Source of the DNA: an uncultured delta proteobacterium
GTDB lineage: Bacteria; Desulfobacterota; Binatia; UBA9968
Direction: 5' to 3'
DNA: 63,056 nucleotides
Assembly (NCBI GenBank): GCA_963840855.1
Contig: CAWJBB010000005.1
Span: 1 to 63,056 of the forward strand
Under the pieces are notes generated by a model. That model was not told the DNA's origin. It did not search any database and was given only the letters and a program-made list of their open reading frames with translations. How positions within the stretch are numbered: position 1 is the stretch's first letter; every line of letters begins with the position of its first letter. The translations under genes were made by a program, and so were the position numbers. This document shows positions 41,878 to 53,023 of the stretch, piece by piece.

Positions 41878-42935
41878 TCACGGCTTGATATCCTGCAAAA
41901 ACCACTCGGCCGGAATCTCGTGACCCAGCCCTTTTTCCTTCGCTCCCTTGTAGGCACAATAGCCCATGGCGGCAAATTGGACGCCGGTGCCGACGTTGTT
42001 CAAAAAGAACGTGATCTGCCGATCGTTAGCGCGGCTCGGCGCTTTGCCGGCGATGAGATCCGAGATTTCGGGATAGCGCGTCCAATCGCGCGGCTTTTCG
42101 CGCCGGACGCCGGGCATGTCTTCGATGATGCCAGGCGGTTGGTAGTGCTGGATGCCGCCGAAATGGGTGTGAATGGCGACGATGTCGCATTTGTCCAAGA
42201 CGGTCATGTCGGTTTCAAATTCCCGGATCGAGTTGTAGTGCATGCCCGACTCCAGCCAATCGATCGGCAAAACCGGCCGCGATGAATTGGTCGCGCTGCA
42301 AATCACGTCGACTCCTCTGACCGCTTCCGCGGCACTTTCAACCGGCTCGCCTTCGACGCCGGTGTCCTTCTGCATTTCCTCGACAAAGGATTTTCGGTGC
42401 GCGGCGTTGGGGCTGAAGACTTTGACCTTCTTGAACGGCATGACCGAAGTCATGAATCGATAATGGGCTTTAGCCTGTCCGCCGCTTCCGATAAGGCCCA
42501 GGACTTGGGAATTTTTTCGCGCCATGAATTTCATGCCAAGGGCGCTGGTGACCCCGACGCGGGTCTGCTGGATAATGCCGTCGGGCATGATGGCGAGTAG
42601 CTCGCCGGTCGCCGCGCTAAAAAGCTGGACGAGTCCTACGAACATTCCCTTGGCGAGCGGAACCTTTTCTAAGCGCACGGAGCCATGCATCTGTTGTTCT
42701 TGGACGACGTCGGAGGTGACACGCAGCGCCAATACCCCTAACTTGCCAACGCCGCCATCCACCGACTTAAAACTGTAAGTTGAATTCGGCAGGGCGTGCG
42801 GAAGATAGGAATGACAAGTGGGCCGATTGACCGCGCGGCTGTGGGCCTGCTCGCGGTAACTATCTTCCATGACCTCAAGGCATTCGTGACGTTGAACGCC
42901 TTTTTAACGTCGTCGTTGTTGAGAATGAGCGGCAT
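41878..42935 (-). CDS. Ornithine cyclodeaminase/mu-crystallin family protein; frameshift near 42885
   Basis: MPLILNNDDV N-terminus, RVGVTSAL, GLIGSGGQA and NNVGTGVQFAA motifs. Confidence 0.88.
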
Positions 42936-43244
42936 CGTTACCTCCGCATGGATTCACTTCGATCCTTTCAATCCCTATCCGAACGTTTCGCGGTTGTCCA
43001 ATTCGCTGCCAGCGATTCACAAAATCTACCGGTGCCCTTGTGAGCAATTGCGCCTGGGGAGTGCCAAAGTCGGCCTAAAAGTCCTTATTTGGGGCAGGAT
43101 CTATCCACGAATATCCAAAATGATCTTTAAAGCTTCGGCGCTCTGCGCCGATGAAGAAAATATCCAAACTGAACCATGGGCCAGAAAACCGGGTCAAAGG
43201 TAGTCCGCGACGCATCTTGTGCAGGGAAGAAACCGAGGAGAATC

Positions 43245-43706
43245 ATGATGGATCAGAAAAACGTCCAACCGAGCTCCGCTTCGAGTTCGCTCCGTCTGCC
43301 CCTACGCGTGGATGAAGTGATGACGCAAACCGTCATGACGCTTCGCGTCACCGACAGTTTCGGCGACGCCGTAAAATTGATGGCCACCCATCACGTTCGC
43401 CATTCAGTCATTGTCGACGACGAGGGCCGAATCAAGGGGGTTATCTCCGACCGCGATGTGTTGCGCGCTCTGGCGCGCACCCCCGACTGGCAGACGAAGG
43501 CGGTGAGCGAGATCATGACCCATGAACCGTTCGTCGTAAATCCACATACCACGGTGACCGACGCGCTGGCGCAGCTACTCGAAAAGCACATCAACTGTTT
43601 GCCCGTGGTGGGCGAGGGTGAAAAAATTTGCGGCATTCTTACCTCCAGCGATCTTTTGCGATCGTATCGAAAAGTGTTGGAGTCGGCGCAATATCAAGAA
43701 CGATGA
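43245..43706 (+). CDS. CBS domain pair protein
   Basis: VDEVMT...GVISDRD...VSEIMT...GILTSSDL. Confidence 0.88.
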   Translation: MMDQKNVQPSSASSSLRLPLRVDEVMTQTVMTLRVTDSFGDAVKLMATHHVRHSVIVDDEGRIKGVISDRDVLRALARTPDWQTKAVSEIMTHEPFVVNPHTTVTDALAQLLEKHINCLPVVGEGEKICGILTSSDLLRSYRKVLESAQYQER

Positions 43707-43771
43707 CCCCTTCGCCCCGGGCGTTACCTGCAATGGGTTGCGCCGTTTCAAACCCGCGTTAAAGTGAGGGC

Positions 43772-43996
43772 ATGGCTTTTACCATCGCCGTCACCGTTAA
43801 ACCCAACTCAAAGGAACCCGCAATCACCAGAATCTCTGAGAGCGATTATCGAGCCTCCGTAAGCGCCGCGCCGGTTGGCGGCAAAGCCAATCAAGCACTG
43901 ATCGAACTATTGGCCGATCACTTCGGCGTGTCGAAGTCTTCCATCGAAATCCTGCGCGGCCGCAGCGCGAGGAAGAAATTGATCCGCATCGGCTGA
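43772..43996 (+). CDS. DUF167/UPF0235 (YggU-like) protein
   Basis: VKPNSK, APVGGKANQALIELLA and G.SARKK motifs. Confidence 0.88.
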   Translation: MAFTIAVTVKPNSKEPAITRISESDYRASVSAAPVGGKANQALIELLADHFGVSKSSIEILRGRSARKKLIRIG

Positions 43997-44133
43997 GGCC
44001 CGGCGTGGAGACGTGCCTGGCGGCCGTTCTGCGCGAACAAATTGGTTTTGACAGAGATGAAGGCCGCAAGGTGGGAGTTTGCAACGCCGCAAAAATCATG
44101 GCTTGATGCCCGCTGATAAGGTGGCTAGAAAAA

Positions 44134-45342
44134 ATGTCGAAGATCGAAAGCGCTGATACGATAGTCTCGCCGTTGGCCGGCTGGGGGCGCCTTGCCGCCA
44201 ATTCCACGGCGCATATGACCGAACATCTTTTCAACGGCGTGATCGCCGTGATACTGCCGCTTATCACGTCGTCCTTTGGTCTCACCCTCGCGCAAGCGGG
44301 CGCCCTGGCTTCCACCCGCACTTTGATGGCGGGAGTGGCGAGTTTTCCTTCGGGATTTTTCGCCGATCTGGCGGTCCGCCGAAACCTGCTGCTGGGACTC
44401 TGCATCGCGATGATAGGCCTGGCGAGCCTCGGATTGAGTTTGGCCTGGAGTTTCCCCATGTTGCTTGTCTTTATGGCGCTGAGCGGCCTGGGCGGCGGCG
44501 GTTTTCACCCGCAATCGCTGGCAATTCTGACCGCCAAATATCGCGACAAGCGAGCCTTCGCTCTGGGCGTTCACGACAGTAGCGCCAATTTAGGCGAGGT
44601 CGTCGGTCCCTTGGCGCTTGGGCTCTTGCTCAGCTTCGTCGATTGGCGCTCGGCTCTACAAATCTGGGCGCTACCAGGTCTTGTAATCGGATCGCTTTAT
44701 GCATTTTTGGGGGGAGAGGGCGATCTCGCGGTAAAGCGGCCCAAGGGCTATGGGCGGTCATTGTGGGAAGACGTGCTTGGAAACAAAACCGTGTGCGGCC
44801 TGGTTGTGGTTTCGACTTTTCGCGCCATGGGGCAAACGGCTCTCGCCGCGTTTTTGCCGCTCTATCTTTCATTGGAGCTAAAACTTTCCGCGGGAGTCAC
44901 CGGCGCTTATATGTCGACCTTGTTTCTATTCGCCGGCGCCGCGCCGGCAGTTGTCGGCTGGATTTCAGATCGATTCGGTCACAGGCTATTGATCGTCGTC
45001 TTTTCTTTTTTGAGCATGGCGATGATCCTCGCCATTCCTTATCTGGGTTCAGGCGTGATACTAGCGTTGGGCCTTGGGGCGTTGGGAGGTTTACTCTGGG
45101 CGCTCAGACCCGTTATCATAACTGCCGCCATATCCGCCGCGCCACAACAGCTCTCCGGCAGCATCGTCGCGTTTATTTTTGGCGCTAACATGGGCGTTTC
45201 CTTTCTTGCGCCGATAATGGCTGGATTGGTCGCCGACGCCTATGGTCTAACGGTCGCGTTACTGGCCATCGCCATTTTCCCGTTTCTGGCGTCGGTTGTC
45301 GCTCTGTTGATTTTGAAAGTGCCCGCCGGAAGCGGCAACTAG
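44134..45342 (+). CDS. MFS transporter (FSR-like)
   Basis: GLGGGGFHP and GWISDRFGHR motifs; about 12 TM segments. Confidence 0.87.
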   Translation: MSKIESADTIVSPLAGWGRLAANSTAHMTEHLFNGVIAVILPLITSSFGLTLAQAGALASTRTLMAGVASFPSGFFADLAVRRNLLLGLCIAMIGLASLGLSLAWSFPMLLVFMALSGLGGGGFHPQSLAILTAKYRDKRAFALGVHDSSANLGEVVGPLALGLLLSFVDWRSALQIWALPGLVIGSLYAFLGGEGDLAVKRPKGYGRSLWEDVLGNKTVCGLVVVSTFRAMGQTALAAFLPLYLSLELKLSAGVTGAYMSTLFLFAGAAPAVVGWISDRFGHRLLIVVFSFLSMAMILAIPYLGSGVILALGLGALGGLLWALRPVIITAAISAAPQQLSGSIVAFIFGANMGVSFLAPIMAGLVADAYGLTVALLAIAIFPFLASVVALLILKVPAGSGN

Positions 45343-45356
45343 TCCATGTACCCGTA

Positions 45357-45436
45357 CAAAGTTCAAGGTTCAAAGTTAGGGACAACGGTCCAGAGTTCAA
45401 TGAAAAAGACAGGAATACATTGAACCTTGAACTGAA
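45357..45436. repeat. GTTCAA/TTGAAC palindromic array
   Basis: caaagttcaaggttcaaagttagggacaac...cattgaaccttgaactgaa. Confidence 0.7.
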
Positions 45437-45445
45437 TAATTCGGG

Positions 45446-46864
45446 TTAGCGGCGCCGTTTGCGCGCCGTTCTGGGTGATGGTTTTGGCTCTTCCGCGGCC
45501 TCCACTGCTGATCCTTCGAGCTTGGGCGTGACATTGTCGCGAATCCACTTTTCGTCCCACCACTCGATGGGCAGGACGGCAACACCGTTCAAATAGACTC
45601 CGAAGTGGAGATGGTCCCCGGCCGCCAGGCCGGTCTCACCGCTCTTGCCAATGATTTGTTTTTGCTTGACCGGCTCTCCCTCTTTGACGTCGATGGAGCT
45701 CAGATGGCCGTATAGTGTAGTTAGACCCAGACCATGATCGATGATCACCGTATTGCCATAAATGCCGAGATCGCCGGTAAACGCAACAACACCGCTGTTG
45801 GATGCTTCCACTGGGTAGCGCTTGGTAACCGACAGGTCAAAACCCAGATGATACGCGTTGTCGATGTTTTCGCCTTGATAGGTGTAGGTGCGGGCGTCGG
45901 CGAAGTTGGCTTCCACTTTGGAGTTCGTGAGCTGGCTGAAAACGCCGCTCCAAAGCAGCTTGTCTGCGCTTTTCTGGCCCACGGTTCGGATTTTGTCGTC
46001 GTTTTCTTTTCTTAGCGCGCGGTTAACGGCGATGAAAATTTCTTTCGGGCTTTTCTGGCGGGCGGCAACATCGGTGACGAGCGGGGCCACTTTGCTCTGG
46101 ATGAATTCGTCTGAAATGGCAATGGTGCTTTTCTTGTATTTGACGTTTTTGAGCGTGTAGGCGAGCGCCATCTGTCTCGTGTTGCCGGCTTTATCCGTAG
46201 CGATAAGAATCGCTTTCTGCTCCTCAGGGACATCATAAGGATGAGCAAAGAAAACAAGGTAGGTTCCGGGGTCTTTGGTTTGCCCCTTGTAGCCGGGAAA
46301 AAAATATTTACCGATCTGGACGCCGCTCTTGACCGTGTCCGCCGATGGCTTATAGGCGATGACGCCCACGCCGCCAAAATTAACGTAAGGGTCGTCGGCC
46401 AGGAGTTCCAGGGTCGGGGGCGTGATGTCGATGGTGAGATTTTTCTCGATGACGGTCTGGTTGCCGCGAAAAAAGCGCCATAACGACCGGTCACGGGCGC
46501 TAATGCGCAATACCGCGGGGCCTTCTTTCACGCCAGTGAGTTTGGCGGTCACCGCCACGGTGACTTTTTTCTGCATTACGGGCTCGTCGTATTTTTCGTT
46601 GACTAACGCATGCTCGGTGCCGGCGGTGGTTAGCGTGACGATGAGGGATTCAAGTCCCGTACCTCGCTCGGTGACCTCGATCTCGATGGGCTTTAGAGCC
46701 AACACATCGGTGTCCGGGGTAAGCTTGATTTCAGGCGCATTCCACTCGAATTTCGGGAGGGCGAAATAGCCGCCGGCAATGACGGCCAACACCAGCAAGA
46801 TGAAGACGATTTTCTTGATCGCCCCAGATTTCCGGGGCGGCGGGCCTAAATCAAAAGCAGCCAT
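45446..46864 (-). CDS. M23 family metallo-endopeptidase, membrane anchored
   Basis: HLGFD, YGHLS and GDHLHF motifs; N-terminal TM helix. Confidence 0.92.
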   Translation of the reverse strand: MAAFDLGPPPRKSGAIKKIVFILLVLAVIAGGYFALPKFEWNAPEIKLTPDTDVLALKPIEIEVTERGTGLESLIVTLTTAGTEHALVNEKYDEPVMQKKVTVAVTAKLTGVKEGPAVLRISARDRSLWRFFRGNQTVIEKNLTIDITPPTLELLADDPYVNFGGVGVIAYKPSADTVKSGVQIGKYFFPGYKGQTKDPGTYLVFFAHPYDVPEEQKAILIATDKAGNTRQMALAYTLKNVKYKKSTIAISDEFIQSKVAPLVTDVAARQKSPKEIFIAVNRALRKENDDKIRTVGQKSADKLLWSGVFSQLTNSKVEANFADARTYTYQGENIDNAYHLGFDLSVTKRYPVEASNSGVVAFTGDLGIYGNTVIIDHGLGLTTLYGHLSSIDVKEGEPVKQKQIIGKSGETGLAAGDHLHFGVYLNGVAVLPIEWWDEKWIRDNVTPKLEGSAVEAAEEPKPSPRTARKRRR

Positions 46865-47060
46865 GAGTTAAGGGCTAATGATTCTGCTGAAAAACGCTAA
46901 GAATGCTCCGACTAAGCTCATACTTCGGCAAGCTCAGTAGAACGTATGAGGATTCGGATTCGTTTGTGAAAGGATAAATTGCAGGGGTTTCGATGTCAAC
47001 AAATTTTATATTTTGGATGACGTTGCCAATTCGCCTGCGCCGGCCCGTTCGAGCTTCGGA

Positions 47061-47759
47061 TCAGAGCAAGCCGCGGTCGCTAAAACTAAAATAACGCTCG
47101 TGGCCGATCACCACATGGTCAAGCACCCGCACGCCCATCACCTCGCCGACCTCTTTGAGCCGCCGGGTGATCTCGATGTCTTCCGGGCTCGGCGCGGGAT
47201 CGCCGCTGGGGTGATTGTGGACGAAGATGACCGCCGCCGCGGATTCCCGAATAACAGGGTTATAGACCTCGCGCGGGTGCACCAGCGACGCCGTAAGCGA
47301 GCCTTCGGAAATTTTCACTTCGCGGATTTTTTTATTTTTGTTGTTGAGCAAGACGACGTAGAAGATCTCGCGCTTTTCCCGGGCCAGGTTCTCGTGAAAA
47401 TGGCGGAAGACATCTTCCGCAGAACGCAGCGGCTCTCCAGCTTGCCATTTTAAGCCGGTGACTCGCCGGGCGATTTCAAGACTGGCTTTGATCTCAGCCG
47501 CTTTTGCCGGGCCGATGCCTTTGACGCCGGTTAATTCAGTGACCGAGGCCTCATCGATGCCTCTAAGCCCGTCAAACTGTCCCAGCAGCAGGCGCGCTTG
47601 ATCGATGGCGCTTTCGCCCGTGCTGGCGTTGCCGTTTCTGAGCACGATCGCCAGTAGTTCCGTGTCGCTGAGCGACGCGGCGCCGCGGCTGAAGAGCTTC
47701 TCTCGGGGACGGTCCTCCTCGGGCCAGTCCTTGATGGTTTGATAGGGGGGCATGGGCAC
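47061..47759 (-). CDS. radC: RadC (JAB domain) protein
   Basis: RPREKL, LSDTELLA, VHPREV and HNHPSGDPAPSPED motifs. Confidence 0.95.
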   Translation of the reverse strand: MPMPPYQTIKDWPEEDRPREKLFSRGAASLSDTELLAIVLRNGNASTGESAIDQARLLLGQFDGLRGIDEASVTELTGVKGIGPAKAAEIKASLEIARRVTGLKWQAGEPLRSAEDVFRHFHENLAREKREIFYVVLLNNKNKKIREVKISEGSLTASLVHPREVYNPVIRESAAAVIFVHNHPSGDPAPSPEDIEITRRLKEVGEVMGVRVLDHVVIGHERYFSFSDRGLL

Positions 47760-47831
47760 CTCGTTGTCGTCTCCCGGTTGTCGCGCCGATACGAACTCTC
47801 GACTGCGCTTCCGTCTACCACAATGGGCGGC

Positions 47832-49007
47832 TCAGTCCAAGACGTGGAGCAAAAGCCCCTTTAAGTACTCGCCTTCAGGGTGGTGCAGGCTCACGGGATG
47901 ATCGATGGGCGGGCCAAGCTTCTTTATAATGCTGACCCTTCGTCCCGCGTCTACGGCGGCGCCGAAAACCACTTTTTGAAATAGATCGGAAGATAGATGC
48001 TGTGAACAAGAAAACGTCAAAAAAAGCCCGCCGGGGTTAAGATGCTTGAGCGCGTGGAGATTTAGAAATTTGTAGCCGCCGGCGGCGGCTTCGACGTCGC
48101 TGCGGCGGTGGGCGAGCGCAGGCGGATCGAGCACGATGATGTCAAAGTTGGCGTTACACTCTTTAAGATAAGCGAAGGCGTCGCCCTTGATGAGTTCGGC
48201 GTTATCACCGGTAAAGCGGTTAAGCGCGAAATTGTTCTCAGCGAGTTCCAAGGCGGGCCGGGAAGAGTCGAGCGAGATCACCGATCGCGCGCCCCCGCCG
48301 AACGCGTAAACGCTAAAGGCGCCACTGTAGGAAAAGCAATTGAGCACCGCCGCGTCGCGAGCGAGCGCCGAAAGAAATTGACGATTGTCCCGCTGGTCCA
48401 AAAAAAAGCCGGTTTTTTGCCCGCGCCTGACATCGACAAGGAACTTATAGCCGTTTTCCTCGATCTCGATCAGTTCCGGCGGCTCCGCACCGGCGAGCGT
48501 ACCCACGGACCCGCCGAGCCCTTCTGCCTCGCGCACTTTGCCATCGCTTCTTTCATAGAGGCCCTTGACTCGGGCCAGGCCGCCAAGCGCCGCGATGATG
48601 TCTTGCTTGAACAGCTCCATGCCGGCGGTGAAAAACTGGCATACGAGAAAATCGGCGTAGCGGTCCACGATAAGTCCCGGTAGAAAATCCCCCTCGCCGT
48701 TGATAAGCCGGTAGGCGTTGGTCTTGGGCGCGACGAATTTTTCCCGAAGCGCGAGGGCCTGGGCGATTCGCTGCCGGAAAAAATCTCCGTCGATGGGCTC
48801 GTCTTTCCCCGTGAGGAGACGAACACGGATTTGCGAGGCGGGATTATAAAGTCCGCGGGCGATCCAGGATTTCTTCCAGTCAAATATGTCGGCGACGCCG
48901 ACGATGCCCGCATCGCCGTTGATCCTGTCAATGGCGCCGGAGAAGATCCAGGGATGACCATTCAAGACGGGTCGTTCACGTCCCTGTTTGAGATAGATTC
49001 GCTGCAT
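47832..49007 (-). CDS. rlmI: RlmI-type rRNA m5C methyltransferase
   Basis: GHPWIFSGAI, GQKTGFFLDQRDNR, DPP and TFSCS motifs. Confidence 0.9.
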   Translation of the reverse strand: MQRIYLKQGRERPVLNGHPWIFSGAIDRINGDAGIVGVADIFDWKKSWIARGLYNPASQIRVRLLTGKDEPIDGDFFRQRIAQALALREKFVAPKTNAYRLINGEGDFLPGLIVDRYADFLVCQFFTAGMELFKQDIIAALGGLARVKGLYERSDGKVREAEGLGGSVGTLAGAEPPELIEIEENGYKFLVDVRRGQKTGFFLDQRDNRQFLSALARDAAVLNCFSYSGAFSVYAFGGGARSVISLDSSRPALELAENNFALNRFTGDNAELIKGDAFAYLKECNANFDIIVLDPPALAHRRSDVEAAAGGYKFLNLHALKHLNPGGLFLTFSCSQHLSSDLFQKVVFGAAVDAGRRVSIIKKLGPPIDHPVSLHHPEGEYLKGLLLHVLD

Positions 49008-49038
49008 TGAATTGCGGTAAGGCGCTGAGGGTCGTCAT

Positions 49039-49105
49039 TTTAGATTTTGGTCTGCGGGGCCGCTTGCCGATTTTGGATTCAATCTAAAATCGAAAATCCA
49101 AAATT
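49039..49105. repeat. Heptamer (GATTTTG/CAAAATC) palindromic array
   Basis: tttagattttgg...gattttggatt|caatctaaaatcgaaaatccaaaat. Confidence 0.6.
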
Positions 49106-49109
49106 ACCA

Positions 49110-49589
49110 TCACTCTTTTCTGATGAACGTGCCGCTTTTGCCGCCGCTCTTTTCGACGAGTCTGATTTCGCCGAGGGCCATTTCGCGGTCGACGGCTTTG
49201 CACATGTCATAGATGGTTAAGCCCGCCACGGCTACCGCGGTCATGGCTTCCATCTCGACGCCGGTTTTGCCGCTGACGCGCACCGATGCTTCGATATCCA
49301 CGCGGGCGGGAGTGCTCTCCGGAATCAATGTGATTTGCACGGAAGTGATGTTAAGCGGGTGACACATGGGTATCAGTTCTGAAGTCTTTTTCGCCGCCAT
49401 GATGCCGGCCACCCGCGCGACGGAAAAGACATCGCCTTTCTCGACTTTGCCCTGCCGAATCAGTTCGAGGGTTTCGGGGCGCATGTGAATCGTGCCGCGC
49501 GCCACGGCGATTCGGCTCGTGACTTCTTTTTCGGAAACGTCAACCATGCGGGCCCGCCCTTTTTCGTCCAAGTGACTCAATTGTGCCAT
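49110..49589 (-). CDS. moaC: Cyclic pyranopterin monophosphate synthase
   Basis: MVDVSEK, LIPMCHPL, TGVEMEA and YDMCKAVD motifs. Confidence 0.97.
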   Translation of the reverse strand: MAQLSHLDEKGRARMVDVSEKEVTSRIAVARGTIHMRPETLELIRQGKVEKGDVFSVARVAGIMAAKKTSELIPMCHPLNITSVQITLIPESTPARVDIEASVRVSGKTGVEMEAMTAVAVAGLTIYDMCKAVDREMALGEIRLVEKSGGKSGTFIRKE

Positions 49590-49731
49590 TACTGTTTTCG
49601 ATCTTCCTAGATCCTTCGCTTTGCTCAGGACGACTATCTAAGTTGTGAACTAAGAGAATTGCCCACAACAATCTTTGGTCATAAGAGCGCGCTTTCTTTC
49701 TCCCCCGTGGCTTTTATGTTACAGAAACTTC

Positions 49732-50673
49732 ATGGCGAAAAAAAGTCACTACAAAGTCATCATATTAGGCTCCGGCGCCGCCGGTCTCACGGCGGCGATT
49801 TATGCGGCGCGAGCGAACCTGGAGCCCCTGGTCATTGAAGGCTCTCAACCTGGCGGGCAACTGACGATAACCACCGATGTTGAAAATTATCCCGGATTCC
49901 CGGAAGGAATCATGGGACCGGAGTTGATGGAGGTATTCAAGAAACAGGCGGTCCGCTTCGGTACCGAAACCGAGTTCGGCGACGTGACATCCGTCGATTT
50001 GAAGCAGCGCCCGTTTCACTTGATGATTGGCAAGGAACAAATCACTTGCGCTGCCTTGATCATTGCGACCGGCGCCACGGCGAAGCTTCTGGGCCTCGCG
50101 TCCGAGGGCAAGCTCATGGGCCATGGCGTTTCCGCCTGCGCGACCTGCGACGGCTTTTTCTTCAAGGATAAAGACCTGGTCGTAGTCGGCGGCGGTGACA
50201 CGGCGATGGAGGAGGCGACCTTTCTTACCAAATTCGCATCCAAGGTGACCGTCGCACATCGCCGCGACAAATTGCGCGCGTCGAAAATCATGCAGGACCG
50301 CGCCGAAAAAAATCCCAAGATTTCATTTGTTTGGGATACCGTTGTGGACGAAGTATACGGCGATCCTAAAGCCGGAGGAGTCACCGGCGTTCGATTCAGG
50401 AATGTTAAAACCGGCAAGACCGAAGACTTCAAATGCGGCGGTCTCTTTATCGCCATCGGCCATGAGCCCAATTCGAAACTCTTCGCCGGACAGTTGGATT
50501 TAAACCCGACAGGTTATATTCTCACCCACGACGGCACCAAGACCAAAATTCCCGGCGTCTTTGCCTGCGGCGACGTACAGGACCACATCTACCGCCAGGC
50601 CGTCACCGCCGCCGGCACCGGCTGTATGGCCGCCATCGACGCGGAGCGGTTTTTGGAGAGCCAGGAAGGGTAA
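49732..50673 (+). CDS. trxB: Thioredoxin-disulfide reductase
   Basis: [22 protein letters not shown] and YRQAVTAAG motifs. Confidence 0.97.
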   Translation: MAKKSHYKVIILGSGAAGLTAAIYAARANLEPLVIEGSQPGGQLTITTDVENYPGFPEGIMGPELMEVFKKQAVRFGTETEFGDVTSVDLKQRPFHLMIGKEQITCAALIIATGATAKLLGLASEGKLMGHGVSACATCDGFFFKDKDLVVVGGGDTAMEEATFLTKFASKVTVAHRRDKLRASKIMQDRAEKNPKISFVWDTVVDEVYGDPKAGGVTGVRFRNVKTGKTEDFKCGGLFIAIGHEPNSKLFAGQLDLNPTGYILTHDGTKTKIPGVFACGDVQDHIYRQAVTAAGTGCMAAIDAERFLESQEG

Positions 50674-50719
50674 GCGCTTAATCGGTGGGTTGGGATTGGC
50701 CTCGTCGTGAGCATAGACT

Positions 50720-51529
50720 TCATGCGGGCTTGCGAGCCACGAGACTCATGTAGGCAATGTGGCCAAAATACTCCCCACTGGTGACACGCCGCCGGGCTTC
50801 CGCCTTCAACGCGGCCGCCATGTCCGCGCCAATCCGTCCCGAGGCAGCTAGCGCGTCCGCGCCCAAGTCAACCCAGCTGGCAAGCATGAACCCGGGCTTG
50901 GACGTTTCCACATAGCCATAGCTACGCGCAGATTGGAGCTGGACGTCTGCCCCTCGCAGCAACGCCGGCAGACGCCGTACCAGCCAAGGATCATGCACGT
51001 AGTGCTCCCGAAACGCATCGGCACAGGCATCCAACGGGTCTCCGGCTCTCGTGGCCAGCGTAGCCGTGGCGTAGTCGCCTTCGAATACCGCCAGGCACCC
51101 GCCCGGCCGGAGGACGCGCACCGCCTCGTGCAGCATCAATTCCGGCTCTGGCACGTGACAGAGCGTGGTATGAAAGACGACCGCATCAAACCGGTTACCT
51201 GCGAACGGCAGCGACCGCCCATCCGCTTCCTCAAAGACGACAGCGGTCAGCCCCCCTGCCAGTTCACGGGCCTTGGCGACAAAGACGGGAGACGGGTCGA
51301 CTCCGAACGTCTCGCCCACTGGCGGCCAAGTCGCCAGGACGCGGGTTATCGCTCCCGTGCCGCAGCCCACCTCCAGCACGCGTGCCCCCTGTGGGAGGGC
51401 GGCGTCGGTCAGATATGTGTGCAGCATCGCCCGCTGCTGCGGGTCGGCGGCGCGGAGCTCAAGGGCGGTCATTAGACCTGCAAGGATGTGCGGCGCAGCT
51501 GCCGTGACCTTAGTATAGATGTCGGGCAT
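50720..51529 (-). CDS. Class I SAM-dependent methyltransferase
   Basis: VLEVGCGTG, ADGRSLPF and RVLRPGG motifs. Confidence 0.9.
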   Translation of the reverse strand: MPDIYTKVTAAAPHILAGLMTALELRAADPQQRAMLHTYLTDAALPQGARVLEVGCGTGAITRVLATWPPVGETFGVDPSPVFVAKARELAGGLTAVVFEEADGRSLPFAGNRFDAVVFHTTLCHVPEPELMLHEAVRVLRPGGCLAVFEGDYATATLATRAGDPLDACADAFREHYVHDPWLVRRLPALLRGADVQLQSARSYGYVETSKPGFMLASWVDLGADALAASGRIGADMAAALKAEARRRVTSGEYFGHIAYMSLVARKPA

Positions 51530-51575
51530 AAAGGCTATCTTGATCTTCTTTGGATGCGCTCCAGCGACTGTTGGA

Positions 51576-51986
51576 TTAGCTGCCGCTGGCGCGCTGTTCC
51601 TCGCGTGCTTTCTCGATTTTTTTTAGTTCCGCGAGGAGGAACTCCTGGCTTTTGATTTCCCTGCCGTCATTGAAACGGATCAGATAGGGTTTGGTTGAGG
51701 TTCCCGAAAAACTTGCGACCTTGTCGATAAAGTCGCGGGCGGTTTTGACATTCGACTCGTTCGCTTGCCATTTGCGGCGCAGGAAGGTCGCGGCGTAGTC
51801 CGCGCTGTAACTTGAACCATTGCGGATGAACCTGGCGTCTTTCAATGCGCGGACCTGCTTGATGAGGGTCTCGATTTTCTGTATTTCCGCGGGATCCAGA
51901 GCCTGGGCAAGGAGTAACGTGGGGGTGGCCAGCGTTAACAGGAGCAAGACGGTGAACAGCGGTTGGGCGAGATTCATCGGCGTCAT
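51576..51986 (-). CDS. DUF5329 (YfeK-like) exported protein
   Basis: Signal peptide; FIRNGSSY and FIDKVASFSGTSTKPY motifs. Confidence 0.8.
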   Translation of the reverse strand: MTPMNLAQPLFTVLLLLTLATPTLLLAQALDPAEIQKIETLIKQVRALKDARFIRNGSSYSADYAATFLRRKWQANESNVKTARDFIDKVASFSGTSTKPYLIRFNDGREIKSQEFLLAELKKIEKAREEQRASGS

Positions 51987-52061
51987 GGAAATACTTGTCT
52001 TCACGATAATTAGACGACGCGGGAACCGAAAGCTTGGGTTAGTTTGCATTGGATTGCAATA

Positions 52062-52155
52062 GCCCTACAGGTCTCAGGGCGAACGGATCAGGAAAAAACC
52101 GTTCGCTGTGAGCCTTTAGAATTTTCCCAGGACAGTCTTGTCGGAACATGAACGG
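52062..52155. repeat. REP-like element (CTCAGGGCGAACGG family), degenerate
   Basis: ctcagggcgaacgg...ccgttcgctgtgag; related to 451-520. Confidence 0.6.
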
Positions 52156-52215
52156 TGGACATTAATTATGTGTTACAGTTTGCTCGCGCATCCGGGATGA
52201 CCGCGCGAGCCCAAG

Positions 52216-52869
52216 GAGATAACTTACAACACCAAACTGGTAAAGCCAGCGGAAATTAAATCTTATTGGGATTTGTTAAGCCCCAAATGGAAGGGAAAGA
52301 TCGCCTCGGTAGATCCGCTGGTCTCCGGCCCGATTAGCGCGGCGCAGATATTTTTCTACAAGCACCCGGATCTCGGACCGGAGTTTCTCCGGCGGCTACA
52401 CGCCGAGACGGAGATCGCCATCGTCGGCTCCAACGAGCAATTGCTCGATTGGCTCAGCGCGGGGAAATTCGCGTTCGGTATCGGCGCGCGGGATGTGGAT
52501 ACGGCCATGATGCAGGGACTGCCGCTCAGTCAATTTTTACCGGGCTCCTTAAAAGAAGGCTCCTCGGTAACCGCGTACAACGGCACCTTGAGTTTCTTCA
52601 ACCGCGCGCCCCATCCCAACGCCGCGAAAGTTGCCGTTAACTGGTTGTTATCTCGGGAGGGACAAGCGACGTGGCTTGACTACAATGAAAAGACCGGAGG
52701 ACTTTACGATTCCCTGCGCGAGGATATCTCCAAGGAAAAAGTCAGCGACCGCGCACGGCGGGTCAAGGGAGCGAAATTTCTCTGGTTGGAACCCGATTGG
52801 ATATTGGAGCTCGAGGCAATTCGCGACATCATCAAAAAAGGCTTGGCGAGCGCCGGCAAGGGAAGGTAA
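52216..52869 (+). pseudogene. AfuA/Fe(III)-thiamine-type ABC substrate-binding protein, 5'-truncated
   Basis: Begins mid-domain (ITYNTKLVKP..SYWDLLSPKWKG); APHPNAAK motif; no signal peptide or N-terminal lobe compared with the downstream paralogue. Confidence 0.7.
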
Positions 52870-53023
52870 CGGGCGGAAGGACGAGTAGGTTTCAATGTTT
52901 TTAGGTATCGGCGCGCTGAGTGTCACAGACTCTGCGTCGAGCCGGCGCCTTTTGAGCTTGACAATTTGCCGGGGTGGAGCGCTATCTTGCGCTCAGTTCA
53001 CCAGTTTTTTTAAGGAGGGATTG

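Noticed and set aside
47061-47759. radC as a marker of a mobile element
   Set aside because: Full-length chromosomal-type RadC among housekeeping genes (rlmI, moaC)
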